From Burkholderiales bacterium (GTDB lineage Bacteria > Pseudomonadota > Gammaproteobacteria > Burkholderiales > SG8-39), in contig JBFWWT010000003.1 of NCBI GenBank assembly GCA_050246035.1, positions 34,684-98,683 of the forward strand: a stretch of DNA of 64,000 nt, given 5' to 3'. The number at the start of each line of letters is the position of its first letter. Positions within the stretch are counted from its first letter, which is position 1. Positions 1 through 9,607 of the stretch are shown here, in pieces. The translations under genes were made by a program, and so were the position numbers. The notes beneath the pieces were generated by a model. It did not search any database and was not told where the DNA came from. It saw only the letters and a program-made list of their open reading frames with translations.

Positions 1-655
1 TGGCGGCGATGAGCAGCGGCGCGGCGACCGGAGAGGCCTCGGGCTCGAAGGTCGCGGCGGGCGGCTCGGGCTCCGGCGCGGGCGCCGGCGCCGGAGCCGG
101 CGTTGCGGTGGCGGACACCCGCAGTGCGAACGTACGGTTGAGATCCACGCCGGGCAGCTCCGCGTGCACCTCGAGGCGCCAGTCGAGCTCGCCCCCGGCC
201 TGCGCGCCCGGCATGCGCATGCGGATCTCGGCGATGCCGGCGTGCACGGGAAAGACCATCCCGGACCGCACGCGCTCCACCTGGCGGCGCTGGCTCGCCT
301 TGCCGCCGGGGCTGCTCACCCATTCGTAGGCGACCACCGTCGCGCGCACGCGCGGCACGTCGTGCGCGTGCAGATCGAGCCTCGCCTTCAGCACGCCGCC
401 CGGCTCGAGCGTCTCCGCGCCGAGCTCGAGCTCGAGCGCGCCGAAGCGGCGATACTCCAGCGTGCGCTGCACGCTGCTCCACAGGCACGCTGCGCCGAAG
501 GCGACGAAGACGAGGGCGATGAGCGCCGGCACCCATTCCCTCGCCTGGAAGGCGAATACATAGAACACGCCGCCGCCGATGGCCGTGAACGCAATGCAGC
601 CGATCCAGCCCGCGCGCAGCGCGGCGGGCGACTCCACCGATCCGATGCGGCGCAC
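1..655 (-). CDS. hypothetical membrane protein, partial (3' end runs off the window; absent from the ORF track)
   Basis: Own minus-strand translation starts at GTG 655: RRIGSVESPAALRAGWIGCIAFTAIGGGVFYVFAF..EWVPALIALVFVAFGAACLW. This gives two TM helices, then a soluble region and an AP-rich tail. The frame is open to nt 1 and GC3 is high. Confidence 0.45.
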   Translation of the reverse strand, partial: MRRIGSVESPAALRAGWIGCIAFTAIGGGVFYVFAFQAREWVPALIALVFVAFGAACLWSSVQRTLEYRRFGALELELGAETLEPGGVLKARLDLHAHDVPRVRATVVAYEWVSSPGGKASQRRQVERVRSGMVFPVHAGIAEIRMRMPGAQAGGELDWRLEVHAELPGVDLNRTFALRVSATATPAPAPAPAPEPEPPAATFEPEASPVAAPLLIAA

Positions 656-669
656 CGGGCGCCCCCGCC

Positions 670-837
670 CTAGCGCCGCCGCGCGGCCAGGCGCTTGCGC
701 GCCGCCATGATCTTCGCGTAGCAGTCCGCGCACACCTCGCGGCGGCGCTCGCCCCCCGGCAGCGCGCGAAACTGCGAGCGCGGCTTGGCGTGCTGCCCGT
801 GCATGCAAAACTTCAGAGGCGGTCTGCTGGCGGTCAT
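670..837 (-). CDS. small Cys-containing hypothetical protein (55 aa)
   Basis: ATG at 837. Sequence MTASRPPLKFCMHGQHAKPRSQFRALPGGERRREVCADCYAKIMAARKRLAARRR has a C-x-H...C-x-x-C pattern. GC3 is high and it fills an otherwise empty gap. No clear SD. Confidence 0.3.
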   Translation of the reverse strand: MTASRPPLKFCMHGQHAKPRSQFRALPGGERRREVCADCYAKIMAARKRLAARRR

Positions 838-885
838 GGTCCAAACCGGCTCGCGCACGCCGCTATAATTCCCCCAGTACGCGCA

Positions 886-1842
886 ATGCCGGCGTGCCCA
901 CCGTACCACATGTGCCGACCTTCCCGCACGCCGCGCTGGCGCCTCCTGCTGACCCTCGCCGCGGCCCCCGTGCTGAGCGCGCAGGCCTTTGACCTGCAGG
1001 GGCACCGCGGCGCACGCGGCCTCGCGCCCGAGAACACGCTGCCCGGTTTCGCCGCGGCGCTCGCCGTCGGCGTGGACACGCTCGAGCTCGACGTGGGCGT
1101 GACGCGCGACGGCGTCGTGGTCATCCATCATGATCGCCGGCTCAACCCCGACGTGGCGCGCGACGCGGACGGACGCTGGATCGAGGCGCCGGGGCCGCTG
1201 CTGCGCGAGCTCGACTATCAGGCGCTGCAGCGCTACGACGTCGGGCGCCTGCGGCCCGGCAGCGCCTACGCCGCGCAGTTCCCCGGCCAGGAAGGGCGCG
1301 ACGGCGTGCGCGTGCCGCGCCTGGCCGACCTGTTCGCGCTCGTGCGCAAGTCCGGCAACGAGACCGTGCGCTTCAACATCGAAACCAAGCTCTCGCCCGC
1401 CGCGCCCGAGGAGACGCTGCCGCCGCGGGCCTTCGCGCGCGCGGTGGTCGCCGAGATCCGCAAGGCGGGCATGGGCGGGCGCGCGACCCTGCAGTCCTTC
1501 GACTGGCGCACGCTGCGCGTCGTCGAGGAAGAAGCGCCGGAGATCGCCACCGCCTACCTGACCGGGCGCCGGCGCGAGGCCGGCTCGCAGGCGCTCGCCG
1601 TGCACGAGGCGGGCGGCAAGCTCTGGTCGCCGAGCTACCACGAGCTCGACTCCGCCGCGCTCGTCGAGGCGCGCCGGCTCGGCCTCAAGGTCGTGCCCTG
1701 GACCGTGAACGATCCCGGATTCATCGCGCGCTTCCTCGACCTCGGCGTGGACGGTCTGATCACCGATTATCCGGACCGCGTGCGCGCGGAGCTCGCGCGC
1801 CGCGGCGTCACGCTGCCCGAACCCACGCCGGTGGAGCCCTGA
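886..1842 (+). CDS. glycerophosphodiester phosphodiesterase (GDPD family), secreted
   Basis: Signal peptide RWRLLLTLAAAPVLSAQA, then FDLQGHRGARGLAPENTLPGF..ELDV..TRDGVVVIHHD. The start could alternatively be ATG 910. A TATAAT hexamer lies at 864-869. Confidence 0.85.
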   Translation: MPACPPYHMCRPSRTPRWRLLLTLAAAPVLSAQAFDLQGHRGARGLAPENTLPGFAAALAVGVDTLELDVGVTRDGVVVIHHDRRLNPDVARDADGRWIEAPGPLLRELDYQALQRYDVGRLRPGSAYAAQFPGQEGRDGVRVPRLADLFALVRKSGNETVRFNIETKLSPAAPEETLPPRAFARAVVAEIRKAGMGGRATLQSFDWRTLRVVEEEAPEIATAYLTGRRREAGSQALAVHEAGGKLWSPSYHELDSAALVEARRLGLKVVPWTVNDPGFIARFLDLGVDGLITDYPDRVRAELARRGVTLPEPTPVEP

Positions 1843-2429
1843 TGCCGCCGGTGACCGGGGCGCTGCTCGCGGCGAACGTGCTCGTGTTCCTCCTGCAGGG
1901 GGTCTACGGCGAGGCCCTGTTCGGGCATTTCGCGCTCTGGCCGCCCGCGTCCGGCCCGAGCCTCGCGCCGGGCTTCGAGCTCTGGCAGCTCGTCACCTAC
2001 AGCTTCCTGCACGGCAGCCTGCTGCACATCGGCTTCAACATGCTGGCCCTCTATACCTTCGGCCGCGACGTCGAGCGCCTCTTCGGCTCGCGCTGGTACC
2101 TGCAGTACTACCTCGTCAGCGTGGTGGTCGCGGGCCTGAGCCACCTCGTGGTGACGGGATGGATGGGCGCCCCGCCCTATCCGACCGTGGGTGCCTCGGG
2201 CGGCGTATACGGCCTGCTGCTCGCTTTCGGCGTGTATTTCCCGCGGCGCACGGTGATCCTGCTGTTTCCGCCCATTCCGCTGCCGGCACGCGTGTTCGTG
2301 ATATTGTTCGGGGCTTTGGAGCTGTATTTCGGCGTCACCGGCACGGCCTCGGGCGTGGCGCACTTCGCGCACCTCGGCGGCATGCTGGGCGGGTGGCTCA
2401 TGATCCGCTCCCGACGGCGTAGACGTTGA
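1842..2429 (+). CDS. rhomboid family intramembrane serine protease
   Basis: Motifs WQLVTYSFLHGSLLHIGFNM, GASGGVYGLL and AHLGG in a multi-TM protein. TGATG overlap with the upstream gene. Confidence 0.85.
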   Translation: MPPVTGALLAANVLVFLLQGVYGEALFGHFALWPPASGPSLAPGFELWQLVTYSFLHGSLLHIGFNMLALYTFGRDVERLFGSRWYLQYYLVSVVVAGLSHLVVTGWMGAPPYPTVGASGGVYGLLLAFGVYFPRRTVILLFPPIPLPARVFVILFGALELYFGVTGTASGVAHFAHLGGMLGGWLMIRSRRRRR

Positions 2430-2498
2430 GAATCGGGGTCCGTCCACGGTTCTCGTTGTGGCTTTTGGGGTCTGACCCCGGTTTTCCTGAGGTCCCGC
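2428..2498. repeat. degenerate relics of the GGGGACGGACC palindromic repeat family
   Basis: GAGAATCGGGGTCCGTCCACGGTTCTC contains GGTCCGTCC, which matches the repeat's right arm. Also GGGGTCTGACCCC (compare the 24065-24084 arm) and CTGAGGTCCC. It begins at the rhomboid stop codon. Confidence 0.5.
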
Positions 2499-2846
2499 AT
2501 GCTGAGAGAAATCCCGGGCCGCCAGGAGCGCACGCGCTTCATGGTCGGCAAGTACGAAATCATCGCGCAACCCATTCCCGGCTCGGCGCACATGCTGCGC
2601 TACACCGTCTTCCTCAAGGGCACGCGCATCGGCGCCATGGCGAGCATGCCCACCGAGTCCGACTGCCGCTTCCTCGAGAATCCCCCGCCCGTGCCGCCCG
2701 TGAAGCCCTTCCAGGTCTTCTATCGTCCCGGCCGCCCGAAGAAGGGCAGCCAGCCGCCTGGCGCGGCCGACCGCGCCGCGGGGCCCGCGCACGAGGACCT
2801 CTCCGCGGAGATCCCGCTGCCGGCCCTCGACAAGGCCGCGGACTAG
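2499..2846 (+). CDS. hypothetical protein
   Basis: 115-aa ORF with coding-like GC3 and no recognised motif. The start is uncertain (ATG 2499 or 2540). Confidence 0.45.
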   Translation: MLREIPGRQERTRFMVGKYEIIAQPIPGSAHMLRYTVFLKGTRIGAMASMPTESDCRFLENPPPVPPVKPFQVFYRPGRPKKGSQPPGAADRAAGPAHEDLSAEIPLPALDKAAD

Positions 2847-2925
2847 CCGAAACATCCTGTTGCAATTCGCCTCAGAAATGAGGCGAATGCCGGCGGCGGC
2901 CGGCAGTACAAAGTGGGCGGAGGTG

Positions 2926-4047
2926 ATGCCCATGAAACGACTGCTCGCCGTGCTGACCGCCCTGCTTCTCGGCGCACCCGCGCTGGCCCAGGAGCGCTAC
3001 ACGCAGGCCGATCTGGACCGGATCCTCGCTCCGGTCGCGCTCTATCCCGACGCGCTGCTCTCGCAGGTGCTGATGGCCTCGACCTATCCGCTCGAGGTCG
3101 TCGCAGCCGCGCGCTGGTCGCGCGCGCATCCAGGCATCGCCGGCGACGAGGCCGTGCGGGCGGCGCAGGACGAGGACTGGGACCCGAGCGTGCAATCGCT
3201 GCTCGCCTTCCCGCACCTCCTGCAGCGCATGGACGAGAGGCTCGCGTGGACGCAGCAGCTCGGCGAGGCTTTCCTCGCGCAGGAAGCCGACGTGATGGAT
3301 ACGGTGCAGCAGTTGCGGCGCAGGGCCCGCGCCGCCGGCCACCTGCTCGCCGACGAGCGCCTTCGCGTGGTGGACGACGGCGCGGCCCTCGCCGTCGAGT
3401 ACGCGGATCCCGGCTACGTGTACGTCCCCTACTACGATCCGTGGGTGGTGTACGGGACCTGGTGGTGGCCCGCCCATCCGCCCGTGGCCTGGTCACCCTG
3501 GCACAGCTACGTCGCCGTGCGTCCCGGCGTCTGGTGGGGCACGCGCGTCTTCGTCTCGCCCGGATTCTTCTTCGGCGGGGTGGACTGGCATCGTCGCCAC
3601 GTAAGAGTGGTGCACGTGCACAACCACTATGTGCGCCGGCCGGTCGTGCGCCAGCATGCGGTCGTGCATCGCCCGATCGAGGTCGGCCGCTGGCGGCACG
3701 ACAAGACGCATCGGCGCGGCGCACTCAATCCCGAGCGCCGCGCGACCTCCATGCCGCCACCCGCTTTCCGTGCCAGCCCGCCGCAGCGCGCGCGGCCGCC
3801 GGCCGCACGTTCGCAGCCGGCCGCGCGCCCCGGGCGCACCCTGCCCTATGATCGCGCGCATGGACGCCCCGCCCGGCCTGTGGATCGCGCTGACCGTGTG
3901 GGCCGCGTTCGCGCAGACGCTGCGCAATACCGCGCAGCGCAGCCTCACCGCTTCGCTCGGGACCCTGGGCGCGACGCTCGTCCGGTTCCTGTACGGCCTG
4001 CCGTTCGCTTTGGCGTGGCTGGCGATCGTCCACGCATGGCGCGCTGA
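2926..4047 (+). CDS. DUF3300 domain-containing secreted protein
   Basis: Signal peptide MPMKRLLAVLTALLLGAPALA, then LDRILAPVALYPDALLSQVLMASTYPLEVV and a W/Y/P-rich middle region. The Arg/Pro-rich tail runs about 200 nt into the next gene. Confidence 0.7.
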   Translation: MPMKRLLAVLTALLLGAPALAQERYTQADLDRILAPVALYPDALLSQVLMASTYPLEVVAAARWSRAHPGIAGDEAVRAAQDEDWDPSVQSLLAFPHLLQRMDERLAWTQQLGEAFLAQEADVMDTVQQLRRRARAAGHLLADERLRVVDDGAALAVEYADPGYVYVPYYDPWVVYGTWWWPAHPPVAWSPWHSYVAVRPGVWWGTRVFVSPGFFFGGVDWHRRHVRVVHVHNHYVRRPVVRQHAVVHRPIEVGRWRHDKTHRRGALNPERRATSMPPPAFRASPPQRARPPAARSQPAARPGRTLPYDRAHGRPARPVDRADRVGRVRADAAQYRAAQPHRFARDPGRDARPVPVRPAVRFGVAGDRPRMAR

Positions 4048-4774
4048 GCCGCTCCCCGCGCCCGGCTGGGCTTTCCTCGGCTGGGTGACGCTGGGCGCGG
4101 TGGCGCAGATCGCCGCCACGGCCTTCCTGCTCGCGGCGATGGAAGCGCGCAGCTTCGCCCTCGGCGTCGCCTACTCGAAGACCGAGCTCCTGCAGATCGC
4201 GGTGTTCGGGCTGGCCTTCCTCGGCGACCCCCTCACGCTGCCCGCGATCGTCGCGGTGGCCTGCGGCACGCTCGGCGTGCTGCTCCTTTCGCCCGCGGAC
4301 CCGCAGCGCCCGTTTGCCGCCCTCGCCTCGGGTCTCACCACGCGCCCGGCGCTGCTCGGGCTCGCCTCGGGCGCGGGCTTCGCCTTCGCCGCCATCGGCT
4401 ACCGCGGCGCCGCGCTCGCGCTCGACGGCTCGTTCCTCATGAATGCCGCCACGGCGCTCGCCGCGGCGCAGCTCCTCCAGACCCTCGTCCTGGGCGGCTG
4501 GCTGCTGTGGAAGACACCCGCGGTGGTCGGCGCCACGCTGCGCCTCTGGCGGCCCTCGATGTTCGCGGGATTCATGGGCGCGGCGGCCTCGGCCGGCTGG
4601 TTCAGCGCCTTCGCGCTGCAGCCGGCGGCGCACGTGCGCACGCTCGGGCTCGTTGAACTCGTCTTCAGCTACGCGGTGTCGCGCAAGCTTTTCCGCGAGC
4701 GGCTGACGCGCCTGGAGCTCGCCGGCATGGCGCTCCTCGCGGCCGGCATCGCGGTGATCAGCCTGTCGGCTTAG
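3848..4774 (+). CDS. DMT/EamA family transporter
   Basis: About 10 TM helices, e.g. LWIALTVWAAFAQTLRNTAQR and GVAYSKTELLQIAVFGLAFLGD. Start is ATG 3848 or 3860. Confidence 0.75.
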   Translation: MIARMDAPPGLWIALTVWAAFAQTLRNTAQRSLTASLGTLGATLVRFLYGLPFALAWLAIVHAWRAEPLPAPGWAFLGWVTLGAVAQIAATAFLLAAMEARSFALGVAYSKTELLQIAVFGLAFLGDPLTLPAIVAVACGTLGVLLLSPADPQRPFAALASGLTTRPALLGLASGAGFAFAAIGYRGAALALDGSFLMNAATALAAAQLLQTLVLGGWLLWKTPAVVGATLRLWRPSMFAGFMGAAASAGWFSAFALQPAAHVRTLGLVELVFSYAVSRKLFRERLTRLELAGMALLAAGIAVISLSA

Positions 4775-5822
4775 CCCGCGCGGCGAGCAGCCGGTCGAAC
4801 TCCTCGGCCACCTTCGCGTCGTTGTCCAGCATCTCCTGGGCGTTGCGCTCGCCGTAGTGGATGACGCCCATGTCGGCGTAGGCGCGCTGCACCTTTTCGC
4901 TCCACAGCCCGATGTCCTTCACCGTCGGCACGATGCGGCTGAACAGGCGCTTCCTGAAGCGCACCTGGCCTTCGGAGGCGAAATGCGCGCCCATCGCATC
5001 CTTCGGATCGATGCCGATCGCCTCCCACATCTCCTCCGAGTTGAGGCGGTCGCGCAGGAAGTACGAGCCCTCGATCACGAACTCCTCGCGCTCGCGCCGC
5101 TCGGCGTCGGTGAGCTGCGGGTAGTACTCGCGCAGCGCGAGTCGCCCGAAGGCGACGTGGCGCGCCTCGTCCTGCATCACGTAGGCGTTCACCGCCTGGC
5201 AGAGCGCGTTCTTCGCGTAGTCGCGGATCCGCTGGAAGGCGGCGAGCGCGAGGCCCTCGATCAGCACCTGCATGCCGAGGTAGGTGAAGTCCCAGCGCCC
5301 GTCCGTCAACGCCTGCTCGATGAGGCGCCTGAGCGGCGGCGCGATCGGGTAGACGAAGCGGAACTTCTCCTTCAGCAGGCGCCGGTAAGCCTCGACGTGG
5401 CGCGCCTCGTCCATCACCTGCGTCGCGGCGTAGAACTTCGATTCCAGCATCGGCACGTCCTGCACGATGCGCGCCGCGCACACGAGCGCGCCCTGCTCGC
5501 CGTGCAGGAACTGCGACAGGTTGTGCACCTGGCTGTGGTAGCGCAGGTCGGACTTCTGGCGCGGCGAGAGCCGCGCGTAGAGGTCGGTGCCGTACAGCGG
5601 CATCATCTCCTCGGCGATCTGCATGGGATCGTCGGGATCCACGTCGATCGACCAGTCGATGCGCGTGTCCGCGTCCCACTGCTGCTGCTTGCCCTTGGCG
5701 TACAGGCGCAGCAGCTCCTCGCTCGGGGTGTCGTAATGCCAGGTGAAGGCGGCCTCGGACCCGCCTGGAACGTACCAGTGCGTCTCTTCAACCGGCAGGG
5801 CGTACTTGAAGACCGCGGCCAT
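4758..5822 (-). CDS. ferritin-like diiron-carboxylate protein (putative oxygenase)
   Basis: Two E...EXXH motifs: LHGEQGA / VMDEARHVEAY and LIEGLALA / MQDEARHVAFG. Confidence 0.8.
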   Translation of the reverse strand: MAAVFKYALPVEETHWYVPGGSEAAFTWHYDTPSEELLRLYAKGKQQQWDADTRIDWSIDVDPDDPMQIAEEMMPLYGTDLYARLSPRQKSDLRYHSQVHNLSQFLHGEQGALVCAARIVQDVPMLESKFYAATQVMDEARHVEAYRRLLKEKFRFVYPIAPPLRRLIEQALTDGRWDFTYLGMQVLIEGLALAAFQRIRDYAKNALCQAVNAYVMQDEARHVAFGRLALREYYPQLTDAERREREEFVIEGSYFLRDRLNSEEMWEAIGIDPKDAMGAHFASEGQVRFRKRLFSRIVPTVKDIGLWSEKVQRAYADMGVIHYGERNAQEMLDNDAKVAEEFDRLLAARAKPTG

Positions 5823-5838
5823 GGGCGGCCACTCTACC

Positions 5839-6636
5839 TCATTCGCCCTTCCAGGCGGGCTTGCGCTTGTCGAGAAAGGCCTGCATCCCCTCGCGAAAGT
5901 CCTTGCTCATGTAGCACATCAGGATCAGGTCGTCGCCCGCGCCGGGCGCGATCGACGGCCGCAGGCGAAGCAGCGCCTCCTTGGTCGCCTGTAGCGTGAG
6001 CGGCGCGTGGCTTGCGACCAGCCGGGTCACCTCCTGCGCGCGCGACAGCACCTGGGCGTCCTCGACCACCTCGGTCACCAGCCCGATGGCGAGCGCCTCC
6101 TCGGCCTCGACCAGGCGCGCGCGGAAGATCATGTCCTTGACGCGCGCCGGCCCGATGAGGGCCGCGAGGCGCGCGTAGTTGCCGCTCGAGAGGCAGTTGC
6201 CCAGGGTGCGCGCGACCGGGAAGCCCATCTTTAGCGTGCCCGAGGCGATCCGGAGGTCGCAGCAGACGGCGATCCCCGCCCCGCCGCCGGTGCACGCGCC
6301 GCGGATCGCGGCGACGGTCGGCACCCGGCAGCGCTCGAGTGCCCCCAGCACCCGGTCGATGCGGGACTCGTAGTCCAGCGCGTCCTGCGGCTTGTCGAAG
6401 GCCTTGAACTGCGAGATGTCGGTGCCGGCGGCGAACGCCTTTTCGCCCGCCCCGGTGAGAAGCAAGGCCTTGATCGAGCGGTCCTTGTCCGCGGCCTGGC
6501 AGATCTCGGCCAGCCGGTCGTACATGGCGAAGGTGAGCGCGTTGCGGGCCTGCGGCCGGTTGAAGGTGACGGTTCCGATGCCGTCGCGCACCTCGTACAG
6601 CAGGTCCTGCCCCGCGTCTGTTGCGGCCATGGTCAC
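5839..6636 (-). CDS. enoyl-CoA hydratase/isomerase (crotonase) family protein
   Basis: VTFNRPQARNAL, LTGAGEKAFAAGTDI and GACTGGGAGIAVCCDLRIA are a typical crotonase fold signature. Confidence 0.9.
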   Translation of the reverse strand: MTMAATDAGQDLLYEVRDGIGTVTFNRPQARNALTFAMYDRLAEICQAADKDRSIKALLLTGAGEKAFAAGTDISQFKAFDKPQDALDYESRIDRVLGALERCRVPTVAAIRGACTGGGAGIAVCCDLRIASGTLKMGFPVARTLGNCLSSGNYARLAALIGPARVKDMIFRARLVEAEEALAIGLVTEVVEDAQVLSRAQEVTRLVASHAPLTLQATKEALLRLRPSIAPGAGDDLILMCYMSKDFREGMQAFLDKRKPAWKGE

Positions 6637-6698
6637 TTCCGGTACCCCCTTTTTGTTTCGCGGATGTGGGAGACTATCTCAGAGGGAGGACGTTCACC

Positions 6699-7664
6699 AT
6701 GCTCGTGAAGCAATGCCTCGGGGCGCTCGCGGCGGCCGCCGTGCTCGTCCTGGCCACGGCGCCTGCGGCCGCGCAGGACCGCTACCCGTCCAAGCGGCTG
6801 GACTGGACCATCGCCTTCGGGCCCGGCGGCGGCAACGACATCATGTCGCGCACGCTGATCTCGATACTGGAGAAGTACAAGCTCTATCCCGAAGCCATCG
6901 TCGCCGACAACAAGCCCGGCGGCAGCGGCGCCAAGGGCTGGGGCTTCGTCTTCGCGCAGAAGGGCAACCCGTATCACATCACGAGCACGAGCGGCAGCTT
7001 CATCACCACGCCGCTGCAGGCCAACACGCCCTGGCAGCCCGGGAGCTTCACGCCGGTGGCGCTGCTCGCCTCGGACGACATGCTCCTCGTGGTCAACAAG
7101 GATTCGCCGGCGAAGACGCTGCAGGCCTTCATCGCGGGGGCGAAGGCGAAGCCCCCGGCCATCGGCGGCATCGGCGCGGTCAACATCGACTTCATCGTGC
7201 CGAAGCTCGTCTCGGAGAAGGCGGGATTCACCTTCAAGTACGTCTCCTTCAACAAGCAGGGCGAGCTGATCACCGCCCTGCTCTCGGGCGCGCTCGATGC
7301 GGCCATGTCCAATCCGGGCGAGGTGCTCGGTCTGCTGCAATCGGGCGACATGCGCGCGCTGGCCTACAGCGGCAAGTCCACCCCCAAAGCGCTCGGCAAC
7401 GTGCCGACCTTCGCCGCGCTGGGATACGACATCGGCATCTCGCTGCCGCGCGGGCTCGTGCTGCCGCCGGACGTGCCGAAGGAAGCTCAGCAGTGGTGGA
7501 TCGAGACCATGAAGAAGGTGGTCGCGACGCCGGAGTGGAAGGCCTACATCGAGAAGCAGATCCTCACCGAGAACGTCCTGTACGGCGAGGATTTCCGCCG
7601 CTTCCTGCAGACGACCCAGGGCACTTTCGCCGACATCCTCAGGAAGTCCGGCGCCATCAAGTAG
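6699..7664 (+). CDS. tctC: tripartite tricarboxylate transporter substrate-binding protein (Bug/TctC family)
   Basis: Signal peptide, then YPSKRLDWTIAFGPGGGNDIMSR and NKPGGSGAKG. SD GAGGGAGGA lies upstream. TctB and TctA follow. Confidence 0.85.
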   Translation: MLVKQCLGALAAAAVLVLATAPAAAQDRYPSKRLDWTIAFGPGGGNDIMSRTLISILEKYKLYPEAIVADNKPGGSGAKGWGFVFAQKGNPYHITSTSGSFITTPLQANTPWQPGSFTPVALLASDDMLLVVNKDSPAKTLQAFIAGAKAKPPAIGGIGAVNIDFIVPKLVSEKAGFTFKYVSFNKQGELITALLSGALDAAMSNPGEVLGLLQSGDMRALAYSGKSTPKALGNVPTFAALGYDIGISLPRGLVLPPDVPKEAQQWWIETMKKVVATPEWKAYIEKQILTENVLYGEDFRRFLQTTQGTFADILRKSGAIK

Positions 7665-8102
7665 ATGCGCGCCGGCTTTCTCGCCGCGGTGCTCGTCGCC
7701 GCCGGCGGCTACGCCTGGATCGCGTTCGCCGAGCTGGCCTGGCTGTCGTCGGCCGGACGGCTGGGCCCGGGATTCTTCCCGCGCGTCGTCGGCGTCGCGC
7801 TCGTCGCGCTGTGCGCGTGGAGCCTCGCCGCCGAGCTGCGCCGGCGCTCGCGTGAGCGCATCCCGCGCCACTGGCGCGTGACCGCGGCGCTCGCGCTGCT
7901 CTCGGCCCTCTTCGTCGCCGCGCTCGAGCCGCTCGGCGGGCTGCTCGCCATGGTCGCCTACCTCGCCGCGGCGCTCGTGCTGCTCAATCGCCGGCGCACG
8001 CTGCAGAACGTCCTGCTCGCGGCGCTCCTGCCGCTCGCGCTGTACCTCGTGTTCCGCGTCTGGCTGAACGCCGCGGTGCCGCGCGGGCCCTTCGGCTTCT
8101 GA
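7665..8102 (+). CDS. tctB: tripartite tricarboxylate transporter TctB family small membrane protein
   Basis: 145-aa protein with 4 TM helices, located between TctC and TctA. Confidence 0.75.
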   Translation: MRAGFLAAVLVAAGGYAWIAFAELAWLSSAGRLGPGFFPRVVGVALVALCAWSLAAELRRRSRERIPRHWRVTAALALLSALFVAALEPLGGLLAMVAYLAAALVLLNRRRTLQNVLLAALLPLALYLVFRVWLNAAVPRGPFGF

Positions 8103-9607
8103 TGGACCTGTTCGCCAACCTCTGGCTCGGCTTCGCGGTGGCGGTCTCGCCGCTCAACCTCGCGTACCTGTTCGCGGGCGTGATGCTGGGCATGGTGGTC
8201 GGCATCATCCCCGGCTTCGGGCCGGCGGCCGCCCTCGCGGTGCTGCTGCCCGTTACCTTCGGCATGGAACCCGCGGGCGCGGTGATCATGCTCGCCGCCA
8301 TCTACTACGGGTCGCAGTACGGCGGCACCATCACCTCGATCCTGCTCAATACGCCAGGCGAGTCCTCGTCGGTGGCGAGCACGTTCGACGGCTATCCGCT
8401 CGCGCAGCAGGGGCGCGCGGGCCCGGCGCTCGTCATGCAGGCGGTGGCCTCCTTCGCCGGCGGCACGCTCGGCGTGGTCCTCATCACGCTGCTCGCGCCT
8501 CCCTTCGCGCAGCTCGCGCGCAGCTTCGGTCCGCCGGAGTTCTTCCTGCTCGTCGTCATGGGCCTGTCCACCCTGATCGTCATGCTCGGCGGCGAGTGGC
8601 GCCTGGGGCTCATCTCGGCGCTCGTCGGGTTCGCGCTCGGCACGGTCGGCGTGGATCTGGAGACCGGGAACAGCCGCTACACCTTCGGCTCGGCCGAGCT
8701 GATCGGCGGCATCGACTTCATTCCGATCGCCATCGGACTGTTCGGCCTGGGCGAGCTGTACTACGCCTTCTGGAGCGGCCTGCACGTGACGGGCAGCGGC
8801 GGCATCGTGCGCCTGCAGGGCGAGAAGCGCTTCTGGCCGGGGCGGCGCGACTACGCGGAGTCGCGTGGCGCGCTCGCGCGCGGCTCGCTTCTCGGCTTCG
8901 TGGTCGGCGTGCTGCCCGGCGCGGGCGCGACCGTCGCCTCGCTCATGTCCTATTCGATCGAGAAGTCGGTCTCGCGCACGCCGGAGAAGTTCGGCAAGGG
9001 CGCGATGGCGGGACTCGTGGGGCCGGAAGCGGCGAACAACGCCGCCTCCTCGGGCGCGATGGTGCCGCTGCTCACGCTCGGCATCCCCGGCTCCGCCGCC
9101 ACCGCCGTGCTGCTCGCCGCCTTCGTGCTCTGGGGTCTCACGCCGGGGCCGCTGCTCATGGCGACGAAGCCCGATTTCGCCTGGGGGCTGATCGCCAGCA
9201 TGTACCTCGGCAACGTCGCGCTCCTCGCGCTCAACATCTTCGCCATCCCGCTGTTCGTGCAGATGATCCGCCTGCCCTACCGGCTGCTCGCGCCGTCGGT
9301 AGTCGTGATCTGCACGATCGGCACCTACAGCGTGAGCGGCAGCCTGATCGAGACCTGGTTCATGCTCGGCGCGGGCGTGGCGGGTTTCTTCATGCGCCTT
9401 GCGGGCTTCTCGCCCGCGGCGCTGGTGCTGGCGCTGGTGCTGGGACCCCTGGCGGAGCAGGCGCTGCGCCAGTCGCTCACCATCTCGGACGGCTCCTTCG
9501 CCATCTTCGTCGAGCGGCCGGTGTCGCTCGCCATCCTGTGCATCACGGCGGCGGTGCTCGCCTTCGGCATCTACGCGCGCGTGTCGCGCCGCCGAATGCC
9601 CGCGTAG
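8102..9607 (+). CDS. tctA: tripartite tricarboxylate transporter permease TctA
   Basis: GMVVGIIPGFGPAAALAVLLP, YYGSQYGGTITSILLNTPGE and VGVLPGAGATVAS. Confidence 0.9.
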   Translation: MDLFANLWLGFAVAVSPLNLAYLFAGVMLGMVVGIIPGFGPAAALAVLLPVTFGMEPAGAVIMLAAIYYGSQYGGTITSILLNTPGESSSVASTFDGYPLAQQGRAGPALVMQAVASFAGGTLGVVLITLLAPPFAQLARSFGPPEFFLLVVMGLSTLIVMLGGEWRLGLISALVGFALGTVGVDLETGNSRYTFGSAELIGGIDFIPIAIGLFGLGELYYAFWSGLHVTGSGGIVRLQGEKRFWPGRRDYAESRGALARGSLLGFVVGVLPGAGATVASLMSYSIEKSVSRTPEKFGKGAMAGLVGPEAANNAASSGAMVPLLTLGIPGSAATAVLLAAFVLWGLTPGPLLMATKPDFAWGLIASMYLGNVALLALNIFAIPLFVQMIRLPYRLLAPSVVVICTIGTYSVSGSLIETWFMLGAGVAGFFMRLAGFSPAALVLALVLGPLAEQALRQSLTISDGSFAIFVERPVSLAILCITAAVLAFGIYARVSRRRMPA

